A DNA stretch of 63,703 nt, counting the filler, from Octopus bimaculoides (lineage: Eukaryota), in assembly GCF_001194135.2 (NCBI RefSeq). It is 5 parts of 4 records of this genome, joined end to end, with 100 filler letters (N's around TTAATTAATTAA, not from the genome) between each part and the next. Parts side by side here need not be neighbours in the genome. Positions count along the whole stretch, not along the records: positions 1 to 29,329 come from NC_068981.1; 4 more parts are not named here. One strand, 5' to 3'. The notes under the pieces were generated by a model, which had not been told where the DNA came from, did no database searches, and worked only from the letters and a program-made list of their open reading frames with translations. Shown one piece after another: positions 12,384-24,837 of this stretch; position 1 is the first letter of the stretch, and the number at the start of each line of letters is the position of its first letter. Made by a program: the position numbers and the translations under genes.

Positions 12384-12970
12384 ACTTATGATTTTATACA
12401 TATTTAAGTTGATACTTATCTGAGGAATACTCAGCCACTTGGCACACTATTTCAGTGAGTATATATTGTAGTTGATCGAACAACTGGTTACTCGTACGCT
12501 GAAATCATCTTAGGGATTTCCATCACACATATGAGTTGCGTGTGCATGTGTGTGTGTGCGCGCACGTGTGTGTGTGTACGTGTGTGTGTATGTTTGAATG
12601 CATCTAAATGTGTGTATATATGTGTGTGTGTACAGGAGAAGGATCAGTCTGTAGAAACCATCTGATTTATCGCTTGTTGCAAGACCATCTATGTAAGAGG
12701 AGAACTAGATAAGTGTCAGTTTTATTTCAATATGTATCACTTTTATTTATTTTAATCAACCCAAGATAAATGAAAAGCCCACTTAATCCAAATGGGATTT
12801 AAATCCAAATATGCATGACACAAACTAAGATAGCGAAAACTATGTTGTGCAGATTTTCGTATGTACCCTTACACATTCACAGGCGCGCGTGCTTGCAGAC
12901 ACAAATATACAATTACATCAGCGCGTCAGTGTGAATATATACGAGTTGCTTGTATGTGTGGCTATATGTA

Positions 12971-13016
<46 letters not shown>

Positions 13017-13610
13017 NNNNNNNNNNNNNNNNNNNNNNNNNNNNNNNNNNNNNNNNNNNNNNNNNNNNNNNNNNNNNNNNNNNNNNNNNNNNNNNNNNNN
13101 NNNNNNNNNNNNNNNNNNNNNNNNNNNNNNNNNNNNNNNNNNNNNNNNNNNNNNNNNNNNNNNNNNNNNNNNNNNNNNNNNNNNNNNNNNNNNNNNNNNN
13201 NNNNNNNNNNNNNNNNNNNNNNNNNNNNNNNNNNNNNNNNNNNNNNNNNNNNNNNNNNNNNNNNNNNNNNNNNNNNNNNNNNNNNNNNNNNNNNNNNNNN
13301 NNNNNNNNNNNNNNNNNNNNNNNNNNNNNNNNNNNNNNNNNNNNNNNNNNNNNNNNNNNNNNNNNNNNNNNNNNNNNNNNNNNNNNNNNNNNNNNNNNNN
13401 NNNNNNNNNNNNNNNNNNNNNNNNNNNNNNNNNNNNNNNNNNNNNNNNNNNNNNNNNNNNNNNNNNNNNNNNNNNNNNNNNNNNNNNNNNNNNNNNNNNN
13501 NNNNNNNNNNNNNNNNNNNNNNNNNNNNNNNNNNNNNNNNNNNNNNNNNNNNNNNNNNNNNNNNNNNNNNNNNNNNNNNNNNNNNNNNNNNNNNNNNNNN
13601 NNNNNNNNNN

Positions 13611-13651
<41 letters not shown>

Positions 13652-13892
13652 TACATACACTCAGGCATACATATAAACGCACGCACAAACACATATCTGC
13701 CTGATGAACGACTACTTGAAGCTCAGCGCAAAGGTTTGTGCGGATTTTTCAGATTCAGTACTATTATCATGTATGTGGGGGGGGCATGTGTGTGTATGTC
13801 TGTGCCAGTATCTGTGTGCCTGTATGTGTGTCTATGTTTGTGCGAGTGCGCGTGTGCCTGCATGAGTGTCCTTGTGTCTAAATTTATATACA

Positions 13893-15215
13893 CAGGCTGC
13901 GATGGGTAAATTGTCGCTATTTTATATTTTATATTTCGCGCATGCGCCTTGTTTGTTTTTGATTTTCGTGACTACACAGCATTGTAAGGTCAGTTGGACA
14001 CCGTCTCTGAGAAAAACAGCACCAGGACACAATTCACTCTGCTAGAAATTTGGAAACGACATTCTTGCCATTCGCACTGGAAGCTCCAATACGAACATTT
14101 CACAGTGTTTGGATGTCAATGTCAGGACAGTGCAGAGGATTCGAAGTTGGATGAGTCTAATGGTGATTACGAAGGTACCGCAGCTCCGAAAACTCACTCT
14201 GATCGTTCTGATAAGAAAAGAACTGAGTTTGTTGGTGTAATCCAGGCGATGATTTACAACTATCCCTCCAAGTCAGTCAGTCCACCGTCAAGGACATAAG
14301 AGTGTCTCTTATCAGGCAGGTAGTGCATGAAGATATTGGGTATTCTTCATACAAGTTGGGAAAGGGCCAAGTTTTATCCCAAGCCATCAAGGACGAGAAG
14401 AAAGACGGCGTTACGAAGCTTTTGAACAAACTCAAGCATCCCCTCTAACTGAACATGCTTTTGTTTTTCGCAGACGAGAAAATTTTCTGCCAGGATCAGA
14501 TGGTGAACACACAGGACAAATATTGGCTTACCGTGTCCCCAAAACATATACTGACAGTGATAAAAAATCAAACGTCCAGTCAACATCATGGAGTTTGGAG
14601 TGATCACTAGTGAGGGCGACGTTATACTTCCATTCATCTTCCCACACGGCTTCAGACTCAACACGAAGGACTACATCGAGTGCCTGGAGGAGGTAGTGCT
14701 GCCCTGGGTCAAGAGGGTGGCTACTGAGAGATCCTATGTCTGGGAACATGCAACACAAGCCGGAGAACCCAGTCATGGCTGTCAATCAGAAATTTGTGCG
14801 ACCACATCACTCCTAACATCTGGCCACCTAACTCCGCAAACTGCAACCCTCTTGATTTATTATGTGTGGGACGCAGTTGAGCAAGAGACCAACAAACTCC
14901 TTATAACACCAAAGATGAACTGAAGGCAAGGATTATGGCAGCATACATCAACTTAAACAAGGAGACCGTCCAGAAGAGTNNNNNNNNNNAGGATTATGGC
15001 AGCATACATCAACTTAAACAAGGAGACCGTCCAGAAGAGTTGCAGGAGATTCTGAAGTCGTCTGGAGGTCGTGGTTGAAGCCAATTGCGATTTATTGAAT
15101 AAATTTACTCTTTAGTATTTCAAGATATTTTTATGGAATTTTGTTAAATACATCTGTTAAAATGAGATGTCAGTGTTATTTTCCACTTTGCGTAATTTAG
15201 ACGACAATGTATTCG
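13893..15215 (+). mobile_element. maT-type (DD37D) IS630-Tc1-mariner element, decayed
   Basis: Left end CAGGCTGCGATGGGTAAATTGTCG with a partial right TIR (GACGACAATGTATTCG). Motifs FADEK, FGVITSEGDV..PFIFPHGFRLN and WPPNSANCNPLD. The second catalytic D is lost to a short deletion. Confidence 0.88.
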
Positions 15216-15667
15216 TATATATACGAATAGTGGATGGATTTTTATATATCGACTAGCTTACGTTCAATAATTAGTACTTGCTTCTAAATCCTTTGACAGC
15301 TGAAGCTTTTCTGAATTTATTATGTAAGGAACCTATTCCCACACGCTTACACTCATAAATGTATTCATCTTAAAATGATCTTAAGTGTTGTATCATTTGT
15401 TGTTGTAGCTTTTGTGTTCGTAATTAGCCTCAGGCTTTGCTTTGATCAAACAAACGAATGATCTAAGATATTTGAGACATAATGTACCGAATACTTGTAC
15501 ATCAGTAAATATATTATATAAATCGCCCTTCCTTTAAGATTGTATTTGTGAAATATATGGTTCTTATTTCTGGAAGCTAGTATACCCATAAAGTCTTGCG
15601 TGTTGGCTCGTATTCTTGCATAATTTAGCATGTGCGAAAAAGTTTACAATGTTTTCAACTTTATGCT

Positions 15668-15861
15668 TTATCTTTATTTATTTCAGATATTAGACTTCGG
15701 CCATGCGGGAGCATCGCTCAGAAGAATTTTAGTCAGACGAATCTATCTCAGTACTCGTTATTTTTTAAGCCTGGTACTTAGTCTATAACTCTCTTTTTGC
15801 CGAAACGCTACGGGGAGGTAAACACACCCGCATCAATTGTCAAATGGTGCTAGACACAAAG

Positions 15862-15865
<4 letters not shown>
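15668..15865 (-). mobile_element. SINE family B, 3' half, running into (CA)n and a gap
   Basis: Matches the 3' half of the 23604-24068 copy. Confidence 0.75.
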
Positions 15866-15907
<42 letters not shown>

Positions 15908-16131
15908 NNNNNNNNNNNNNNNNNNNNNNNNNNNNNNNNNNNNNNNNNNNNNNNNNNNNNNNNNNNNNNNNNNNNNNNNNNNNNNNNNNNNNNNNNNNNN
16001 NNNNNNNNNNNNNNNNAACGTGTATTTTGCTCAGCTTGTAAGTATATATCTACAATTTGATATTTATTATTGCTATGTATTATTATAATTATTATTATTA
16101 TTATTATTGTTGTTGTTGTTGTTGTTGTTAA

Positions 16132-16396
16132 TCTTTATTATTTTACTTGTTTCAGTAATTTGACTGCGGCCATGCTGGAGCAACACCTTTAATCGAACAA
16201 ATTGACACCAGGATTTACATTCTTAAGCTCAGTACTTCTTTTATCGTCCCTTTTGCGGAACCGCTAAGTTGCGGGGAAGTAAACAGACCAACATCGGTTA
16301 TGGAGATATAAACACACCAGCATCGGTTGTCAAGCGGTAGTGGAGCGACAAACACACTCACACACACACAAATATATATAAAGCCCGTTGTTTATA

Positions 16397-16427
<31 letters not shown>

Positions 16428-16647
16428 AGATATAGATATAGATATAGATATATATATATATATATAGATATACATATATATAAACAACGGGCTTTTTCCA
16501 GTTTTCCTGCGTCAAATCCACTGACAAGGCTTTGGTCGGTCCGAGACTATAGCAGAAGACACTTGCCGAAGGTGCAATGCAGTGGAACTGAACCTGAAAC
16601 CATGTAGTTGGGAAGCAAGCTTCTTACCACACAGCCACGCCTGTGCC
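16132..16647 (-). mobile_element. SINE family B, full length, with internal microsatellite
   Basis: tRNA-like head, internal (TA)/(GATATA)n and the CAGTCAAAT.ACTG tail stem-loop; homologous to 23604-24068. Confidence 0.9.
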
Positions 16648-18260
16648 TATATATATATATGCATACGCACATACGCACACACATACACACACGCACAGAA
16701 ACATATAATCAACCATATATGCAAGTGTGGGTGTGTGGGTGTGCGTGTGTGTGTGTGAAAAGGAAAATATATGACTATTCCTGTATATGAAGAAGTAAAA
16801 TGGCCATTTCTCTGATATTTAATGTAGCCAACATGTGACCTGACAATCACATCTGCATTATGTTTTAGTCGAGGCATTTTCGTTTAAAAAAAAAAAACAA
16901 GCCAGACCAAAGTGTGGTTGTTGTCGCCGGGTATACTGTAGGTTACTTAACGTGCGTGTGTGTGTAATGATGTTTATGTCTTTGTATGCATGAATGCGTC
17001 TTAGTGAGTGTGCGTGTGCGTTCGTTCGTGCATTTACATGCATGTGAATATAAGTGACAGCGTGTGTGAAACAGTATGAGTGTGTGTTTACGTGAATGTG
17101 AATGTGTGTGCGTGTGNNNNNNNNNNNNNNNNNNNNNNNNNNNNNNNNNNNNNNNNNNNNNNNNNNNNNNNNNNNNNNNNNNNNNNNNNNNNNNNNNNNN
17201 NNNNNNNNNNNNNNNNNNNNNNNNNNNNNNNNNNNNNNNNNNNNNNNNNNNNNNNNNNNNNNNNNNNNNNNNNNNNNNNNNNNNNNNNNNNNNNNNNNNN
17301 NNNNNNNNNNNNNNNNNNNNNNNNNNNNNNNNNNNNNNNNNNNNNNNNNNNNNNNNNNNNNNNNNNNNNNNNNNNNNNNNNNNNNNNNNNNNNNNNNNNN
17401 NNNNNNNNNNNNNNNNNNNNNNNNNNNNNNNNNNNNNNNNNNNNNNNNNNNNNNNNNNNNNNNNNNNNNNNNNNNNNNNNNNNNNNNNNNNNNNNNNNNN
17501 NNNNNNNNNNNNNNNNNNNNNNNNNNNNNNNNNNNNNNNNNNNNNNNNNNNNNNNNNNNNNNNNNNNNNNNNNNNNNNNNNNNNNNNNNNNNNNNNNNNN
17601 NNNNNNNNNNNNNNNNNNNNNNNNNNNNNNNNNNNNNNNNNNNNNNNNNNNNNNNNNNNNNNNNNNNNNNNNNNNNNNNNNNNNNNNNNNNNNNNNNNNN
17701 NNNNNNNNNNNNNNNNNNNNNNNNNNNNNNNNNNNNNNNNNNNNNNNNNNNNNNNNNNNNNNNNNNNNNNNNNNNNNNNNNNNNNNNNNNNNNNNNNNNN
17801 NNNNNNNNNNNNNNNNNNNNNNNNNNNNNNNNNNNNNNNNNNNNNNNNNNNNNNNNNNNNNNNNNNNNNNNNNNNNNNNNNNNNNNNNNNNNNNNNNNNN
17901 NNNNNNNNNNNNNNNNNNNNNNNNNNNNNNNNNNNNNATATATACATACATATATATATATATGTGTATACATATATACGTGTGTATGCGTGTGTATACG
18001 TGCTTCAATGTTTAGTATATATTCCAATGTCTTGATACGGAGTAAGCCTCAATGGTCTTCATTTCACTTATCAGGAGAGTGGTGATGACATCAAATTGTC
18101 TGAGAATCTTATTTAAGTTTCACACGAATTCATGAGAGAAATTTTACCTCCAGTCACTGGGATATTAACTAGAAGAAGTAAATGGCAATCGAGGTGTTTC
18201 GTCTTTATTCTAACAATGTATACTCATTTCTACTTATTTCTAATTTACATATCAATACAT

Positions 18261-18343
18261 TTTGACAAACGTTCAGAAATTAATATATTATGTAATAATG
18301 TATGAGTTATTTGAAATCAACATGTATTCGAATAGCTCTCATG

Positions 18344-18412
<69 letters not shown>

Positions 18413-19051
18413 GTATATATATATGTGTATTTCTTCTATCTTAATGAATAAAAATTCTTCTGATAGAATAAATGGGTTAATAGAAACCAATGTAGCAAAG
18501 AACACAAAATAACTGTGGTTTAGTTCCTGTTTTTAAGGCAGGAACTCCTTGAAATTTTGGGTATTTGAGTATATTTAAGAATTTAAGGAATGGAGAAAAC
18601 GCATGTTATAATTGCATACTTTATTCCTACANNNNNNNNNNNNNNNNNNNNNNNNNNNNNNNNNNNNNNNNNNNNNNNNNNNNNNNNNNNNNNNNNNNNN
18701 NNNNNNNNNNNNNNNNNNNNNNNNNNNNNNNNNNNNNNNNNNNNNNNNNNNNNNNNNNNNNNNNNNNNNNNNNNNNNNNNNNNNNNNNNNNNNNNNNNNN
18801 NNNNNNNNNNNNNNNNNNNNNNNNNNNNNNNNNNNNNNNNNNNNNNNNNNNNNNNNNNNNNNNNNNNNNNNNNNNNNNNNNNNNNNNNNNNNNNNNNNNN
18901 NNNNNNNNNNNNNNNNNNNNNNNNNNNNNNNNNNNNNNNNNNNNNNNNNNNNNNNNNNNNNNNNNNNNNNNNNNNNNNNNNNNNNNNNNNNNNNNNNNNN
19001 NNNNNNNNNNNNNNNNNNNNNNNNNNNNNNNNNNNNNNNNNNNNNNNNNNN

Positions 19052-19094
<43 letters not shown>

Positions 19095-19255
19095 CATATG
19101 CGAATGTGTGTGTGTATACATATATGAATATATGCCTATATATACATACATACATACACATAATTTTTGACAAACGTTCAGAAGTTAAGATATGTAATTA
19201 CGTATGAGCTGTTTGAAATCAGCTTCTATTCGAAGTAATAGCTCTTATGTGTGTG
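18261..19255 (+). repeat. Two copies of an about 85-bp unit (18261-18345 and about 19166-19255)
   Basis: Both read TTTGACAAACGTTCAGAA..TATGTAAT..GTATGAG..TTTGAAATCA..TATTCGAA..TAGCTCT, roughly 80% identical by eye. Each is followed by a dinucleotide tract. Confidence 0.8.
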
Positions 19256-19260
19256 TGCAT

Positions 19261-19498
19261 GTCATTTGACTGCGGCCATGTTGGAGCACCGCCTTTAGTC
19301 GAACAAATTAACCCCAGGACTTATTCTCTGTAAGCCTAGTACCTATTCTATTGGGTGTTTTTCTGAACCGCTAGGTTACAACATACCAGCATCGGCCCGC
19401 GGCTATAATAGCAAACATTTGCTCAAGTCGCCATGTAGTGGGAATGAACCCAGAATTATGCGGTTAGGAAGCAAGCTTCTTATCACACAGCCTCTCCT
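19261..19498 (-). mobile_element. SINE family B with internal deletion
   Basis: The 3' half and the head are joined at TCGG (19392-19395), removing the internal microsatellite. Confidence 0.85.
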
Positions 19499-19515
19499 AT
19501 ATATGTATGTGTATA

Positions 19516-19578
<63 letters not shown>

Positions 19579-19619
19579 GTAAAGAATATGAGAGGTGCAT
19601 TTCACTTGTGATCTAAACG

Positions 19620-20075
19620 ACTAGGTACGCTGGGAAAGTGCTATAGTTGATCGAAAGTTATGTTCCGAGATCACAGCTAACACTGGATCTAGGGATCCAT
19701 TTTAGGTTTCCTTTATAGCAGGTATATATTGTATTAGAGGAAATCTCAAAACCAAGGCAGAAGGAGCATCTCAAATCATTTAGAATAATTTAATTAGGGT
19801 AAGGTGAATTTGAAGTGTTACAGCCGCTTCTGGGATAACCCAAGTTGTTGGTTAGTATGTTGTGCACTGGGTATTCCGTATAAAGGCGTAAAATAGAAAA
19901 ATAAAGAGTAAAAGTAGCTAGAAGAATATAGGCGGGAGAATAATGTTTACAATTCATCTTTTTCCAGTGGATATGTATGTCGGTCAGTACATCCATGAAG
20001 GTACAGTTTTTTTTAGTTAAAATCGCAAGTAAATCCGGGCAGTATTTTGGCAGTATTCTGAATGTTGTATTCATA
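19620..20075 (-). mobile_element. Possible highly decayed Penelope-like RT thumb fragment
   Basis: Weak resemblance only: ..CTFMDVL.. (cf. PFLDV) and NNLGYPR (cf. L..NGYP). Confidence 0.3.
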
Positions 20076-20126
20076 TCGTAAACGTGTATATAGAGCGAGA
20101 AAGTATGAAGAACACATATAGGTTTG

Positions 20127-20169
<43 letters not shown>

Positions 20170-20431
20170 GAAGAGAGGAAGAGAGGAAGAGAGATAAGAA
20201 AAAAGATTAGAAAATAAGATAGTGGTTAGAGGGTAAAAAATGAGAATAAAATAAAAATATAAATATAAAAAAATAATAGTAATATTAAATGAATAAATTA
20301 TAGTAAAGTTAATGATATAGATATGTCAGTATTGTATGGTGGTTAGAAGTCAAACGTTAAAGTTTCAGTAGAGTGGGCGGTGGAAGGCCAATCTGGGCGA
20401 GGTTATAAGAACAATAAGAACAATAAGAGCA

Positions 20432-20489
<58 letters not shown>

Positions 20490-20734
20490 GTGTGTGTGTG
20501 TGCATGCGTATGTATGCATGTATGTATGTATTGGGTCATGCTATAAATAATGCGGTTTTTGAATTGCATGAGCTAAAGGTCAGAGGGGGACGGGATAAAC
20601 TACCTGCATCAAATTGCTATAAAAGCAGGTTGTAATTTTACCTTTTCATTATTCTTAGTGCAGGTTTTAAATACTGCAGTTAGATTGTAACAGTTATTTT
20701 TTCAAATTTATAATAGATGCTTTAACGGAAATTG

Positions 20735-20880
20735 TGTCAAGGGTTCCTAACAAAGTTTCCGAGTTTAATCGCGCACAGAGAGTAGATGTGTGCTCTTCTT
20801 GGCTGTCACGTCTCACGAACGTACCATTTTTGGACCGGATAGTGACTGTTGAGAAGAAACAGTTTCTATATAAATCAACA
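20735..20880 (+). mobile_element. Mariner transposase fragment
   Basis: SRVPNKVSEFNRAQRVDVCSSWLSRLTNVPFLDRIVTVEKK resembles the WVPH..L..R...C..LL.R....FLDRIVTGDEKW linker. Confidence 0.75.
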
Positions 20881-21167
20881 TATATAACATATACAACATA
20901 CCAAATAATAGTTTACCGAGTCAATACCCAAGTTCTTTGCTCTTAATTTTGCTGTGCTCTGTGTATCACGGCCTGTGTGTACAAGCGACTGCAAGAGTTT
21001 AAGGAGATTAAAATTACTGCCGAAACCGGAGGAGCTTAATTGTCGCGTAAGTGTCAAGCAGATTTAATCATACGTATATATTCATATATATGTTTATGTA
21101 TGTGTGTGTGTACATACGTATGTACATACATACGTATAGATAGATCGATCAATCGATCGATCGATAT

Positions 21168-21202
<35 letters not shown>

Positions 21203-21313
21203 TATATATATATATATATATATANNNNNNNNNNNNNNNNNNNNNNNNNNNNNNNNNNNNNNNNNNNNNNNNNNNNNNNNNNNNNNNNNNNNNNNNNNNN
21301 NNNNNNNNNNNAT

Positions 21314-21370
<57 letters not shown>

Positions 21371-23603
21371 TTACACCTCCTGAACGACAATAATATAGTT
21401 ATCTCTTGGCACTCTTTAATGATACAACTCGATAAACTCCGGGTATAGTTTCTACCTTCGTTACATGCAGCAAAAATTTCACTTATTAAAAATATGAATG
21501 AACTAAGTATCTACGATAAATGAATTATTGATATGCCAGGGTCACATAAATGAATTTTAATAAGAATTACACTGTTGAACCGAATGAAGAATCGCTTTGT
21601 TAAAGACGAGCATCAAGATATGATTCTGGCAACACACAGTATTTGAAATATTATCATTGCATTCCTTTAAAAATTTCGTTGAACAATTCGTTGCCTATGT
21701 GTGAGATGTCGTGAACCATAATAACACTTGAACATCGAATGCACACTTTGGGCTATATTTGAAAAGACTAAAGATTGAATTCACATGTTTCGAGTCTCTG
21801 AAGAACATATGCGTATGACCTCAATTGACATGAAGGTGAGAGAAACAGCACAACAACATGCTATTTAAATCGCCGCCAGAAATGCTATCACACCAAAGAA
21901 ATGCAAGAAAGTAGTAAGGATTGTACTTGCAAGAAAGGTCATATGTGATGTTGAAATATATTGTCTTTGCTGGCCTAAAGCGGTTAGACCACCTACTTAC
22001 AGTAAAAGCCATTTCCATAGAGACAATGCCGAAGAAACGTACAATGCTGCAGAAGTCCAACGAACTACAGAGAATTGTCTAAAATGTAAGACGAACGCTA
22101 TTCCTTTCTTTATGTATATGTGTAGCTATGAGAGAGAGAGGGAGAGAGAGAGAGAGAAAGAAAGAGAGGAACAGACAGACAGATTTAAACAAACAAAGCT
22201 ATACAGATATCTATAGTGTATGTATATATTTATGTGCGTATGATCGTACATAGCTAGTGAGATAGCCATGCATACAGATACATATATGTGTGTGTTTGTA
22301 TGTGCGTATACATACATACATGCATGAATACATACGTACGTACGTACGTCAGTACCTACATAAAATCATAATATCATCTGAGTAATAACCTTATAACGTG
22401 CATTTCAAAGCTCCATAACGGTTATCGGTTATCCTATGTCATCATACAGCAGGAATAGTCCTTTTACTGGAAGTACATGTAGAGATTTGTTAGTGTACGT
22501 AGAATTCATATAAAAATTTATAAAACAAGAGGATGAAAGAACAGGCTCTGATCACACCACAACAATTGTTTCTGTGCATTGATATCTGTTGTTATTTGCT
22601 GAGTTTTCCATATCATACAATAGTATTATTTACATAATACACGTATTATGTAAATAAATATGATCTAAATGTAGCCGTGTAGCTGCGCGCCACCAGTGTT
22701 ACCAATACGCAGAAACAATTGTGGTGATTTGTGATTAAAGGTTTTAAGCCTGTTCATTCCATCATCGTGTTTTAAAGTCTATATATATTATATATACATA
22801 CGCACAGATGTATTTATATATAAACTTACAAGAATACATATATGTGCGCGCGTGCGAGCGTGAATGTATGTTAGTGTAGATATGCATGTATGCTTGTGTT
22901 GTGTATTGTGTGTCCATGCATGTATTTATTTGAGGCGATAGAATGCTAGATAAAATCATGGTGTCCATATTTTCATTTCAATTTTGTCTCCAAATCTTCA
23001 ACTAGAGAGAATTAGATTTAATAAGCTAAGAGAAAGAAAAAACAAACTAGAAAAAGAGAGGGGAGACAGAGACAGAGAGAGAAAGAGAGAGAAAGAGAGA
23101 CAAAGAGAGAGAGATAAATGTTACTTTAGTACACATATACTAAGCATAGAATATCATGAGAAGTGTACCATTGTGCCTAGGTTGCATTACAATTTTGTTA
23201 ATTAGTTGATATTCTCTCAAATTAGTTAAATATATTGATTGGAATAAGAAATCATCACACATATACATACACATACGCTTACGCCCAAACATACACATGT
23301 ATATTCTGTTGTGGTTGATGTTTGCAGCTACGAAGATAGATGTTCTAGTTCGATATTAGAAGCAAGACTTGTATGGAGAAAGGTAGAGGTACGCCCTTCT
23401 ACAAGCAGCATCGAAGTCTCTCTCAAATCCTATCCCACTAGTTCATAAAACTGAAGGAAACATGTGAATGATGTAATCTTAGCTACACTATGTCGATCTA
23501 AAGACGAGTTAGTTACAGATGAACGTTGAGAAATACAGTGGAGCTAATTAAAAGCACAGATATGTTGAACTTTATCAATTCTTTTGTAGTTTCTTAACAT
23601 ATA

Positions 23604-23765
23604 GGCGCAGGAGTGGTTGTGTGGTAAGTAGCTTGCTTACTAATCACATGGTTCTGGGTTCAGTTCCACTGCGTAGCACCTTGGGCAAGCATCTTCTACT
23701 ATAGCCTCGGGCCGACCAAAGCTTTGTGAGTGGATTTGGTAGACGGAAACTGAAAGAAACCCGCC

Positions 23766-23863
<98 letters not shown>

Positions 23864-24068
23864 CTGTGCTTGTGCCCCAACATCACTTGACAACCGATGC
23901 TGGCGTGTTTACGTCCCCATCACTTAGCGGTTCGGCAAGAGAGACCTATAGAATAAGTACTAGGCTTACAAAAAATAAGTCCTGGGATCAATTTGCTTAA
24001 CTAAAAGGCGGTGCTCCAGCATGGCTGCAGTCAAATGACTGAAACATATAAAAGAATTAAAGAATAAT
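23604..24068 (+). mobile_element. SINE family B, full-length reference copy with internal (TA)n(TG)n
   Basis: Head GGCGCAGGAGTGGTTGTGTGGTAAG..GGGTTCAGTTCC (A and B boxes), internal microsatellite at about 23767-23861, tail GCAGTCAAATGACTGAAAC..AAAAGAA. Confidence 0.92.
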
Positions 24069-24070
24069 AC

Positions 24071-24330
24071 GTGAAAGCGCGTAGACTAGTCGTCAAGTTG
24101 ATGCACTCAGTATTGTGATTTCGATTCCCAGACTGGGCGATGCAGTGTCTTCTTCATTAAAATACATCATTCCTTGATGCTCCCTTCTATTTCGCTGTAA
24201 ATGAGTATCTTTGCCACAGACTGGCGTCCTGCTCAGAGAGTGTGTTGTGTTCTAGGGCACTTATACACCAGAGAAACCAGATAGACGCCACTCTCCGCCC
24301 CAGGATACGAAGCAGTAATGTTCGAGGGTG
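24071..24330 (+). mobile_element. tRNA-derived SINE, family D (decayed)
   Basis: Head resembles family C (TTTCGATTCCCAGACTGGGCG) but the body differs (ACAGACTGGCGTCCTG..AGAAACCAG). It is followed by (GTT)n/(GAT)n. Confidence 0.6.
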
Positions 24331-24358
24331 ATTGTTGTTGTTGTTGTTGTTGTTGTTA

Positions 24359-24389
<31 letters not shown>

Positions 24390-24770
24390 CGACGACGACG
24401 ACGACGATGATGACAATGATGATGATGATGACGATGATGACGATGATGGTGATGACGATGATGGTGATGATGATGATGGTGATGACGATGATGGTGATGA
24501 TGATGATGACGACGATGATGATGATGACGATGATGACGATGATGGTGATGACGATGATGGTGATGACGATGATGGTGATGACGATGATGGTGATGATGAT
24601 GATGACGACGATGATGATGATGACGATGATGGTGATGATGATGATGGTGATGATGATGATGGTGATGACGACGACGACGACGATGATAATGATGACGATG
24701 ATGTTGATGACGATGATGGTGATGACGACGACGACGACGACGACGGTGATGATGATGATGATGATAACTA
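24331..24770. repeat. Compound trinucleotide array (GTT)n-(GAT/GAC/GGT)n
   Basis: Direct reading; recurring 12-nt GATGACGATGGT-type subunits. Confidence 0.95.
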
Positions 24771-24837
24771 CTTCGCAACCAACATGAAGTATGGTCTCAC
24801 TAACCTGTATGTGCCCGCTCAACGAATTGATCACTTA

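Noticed and set aside
13701-13732. CTGATGA...CAAA here, and similar motifs at about 11625, 27915 and 60745
   Set aside because: Each lacks an essential hammerhead core base or a stem, and such matches are expected by chance.
14929-15040. Exact 51-bp direct repeat around a 10-N gap
   Set aside because: This is a typical unmerged contig overlap; the second maT copy has the segment once.
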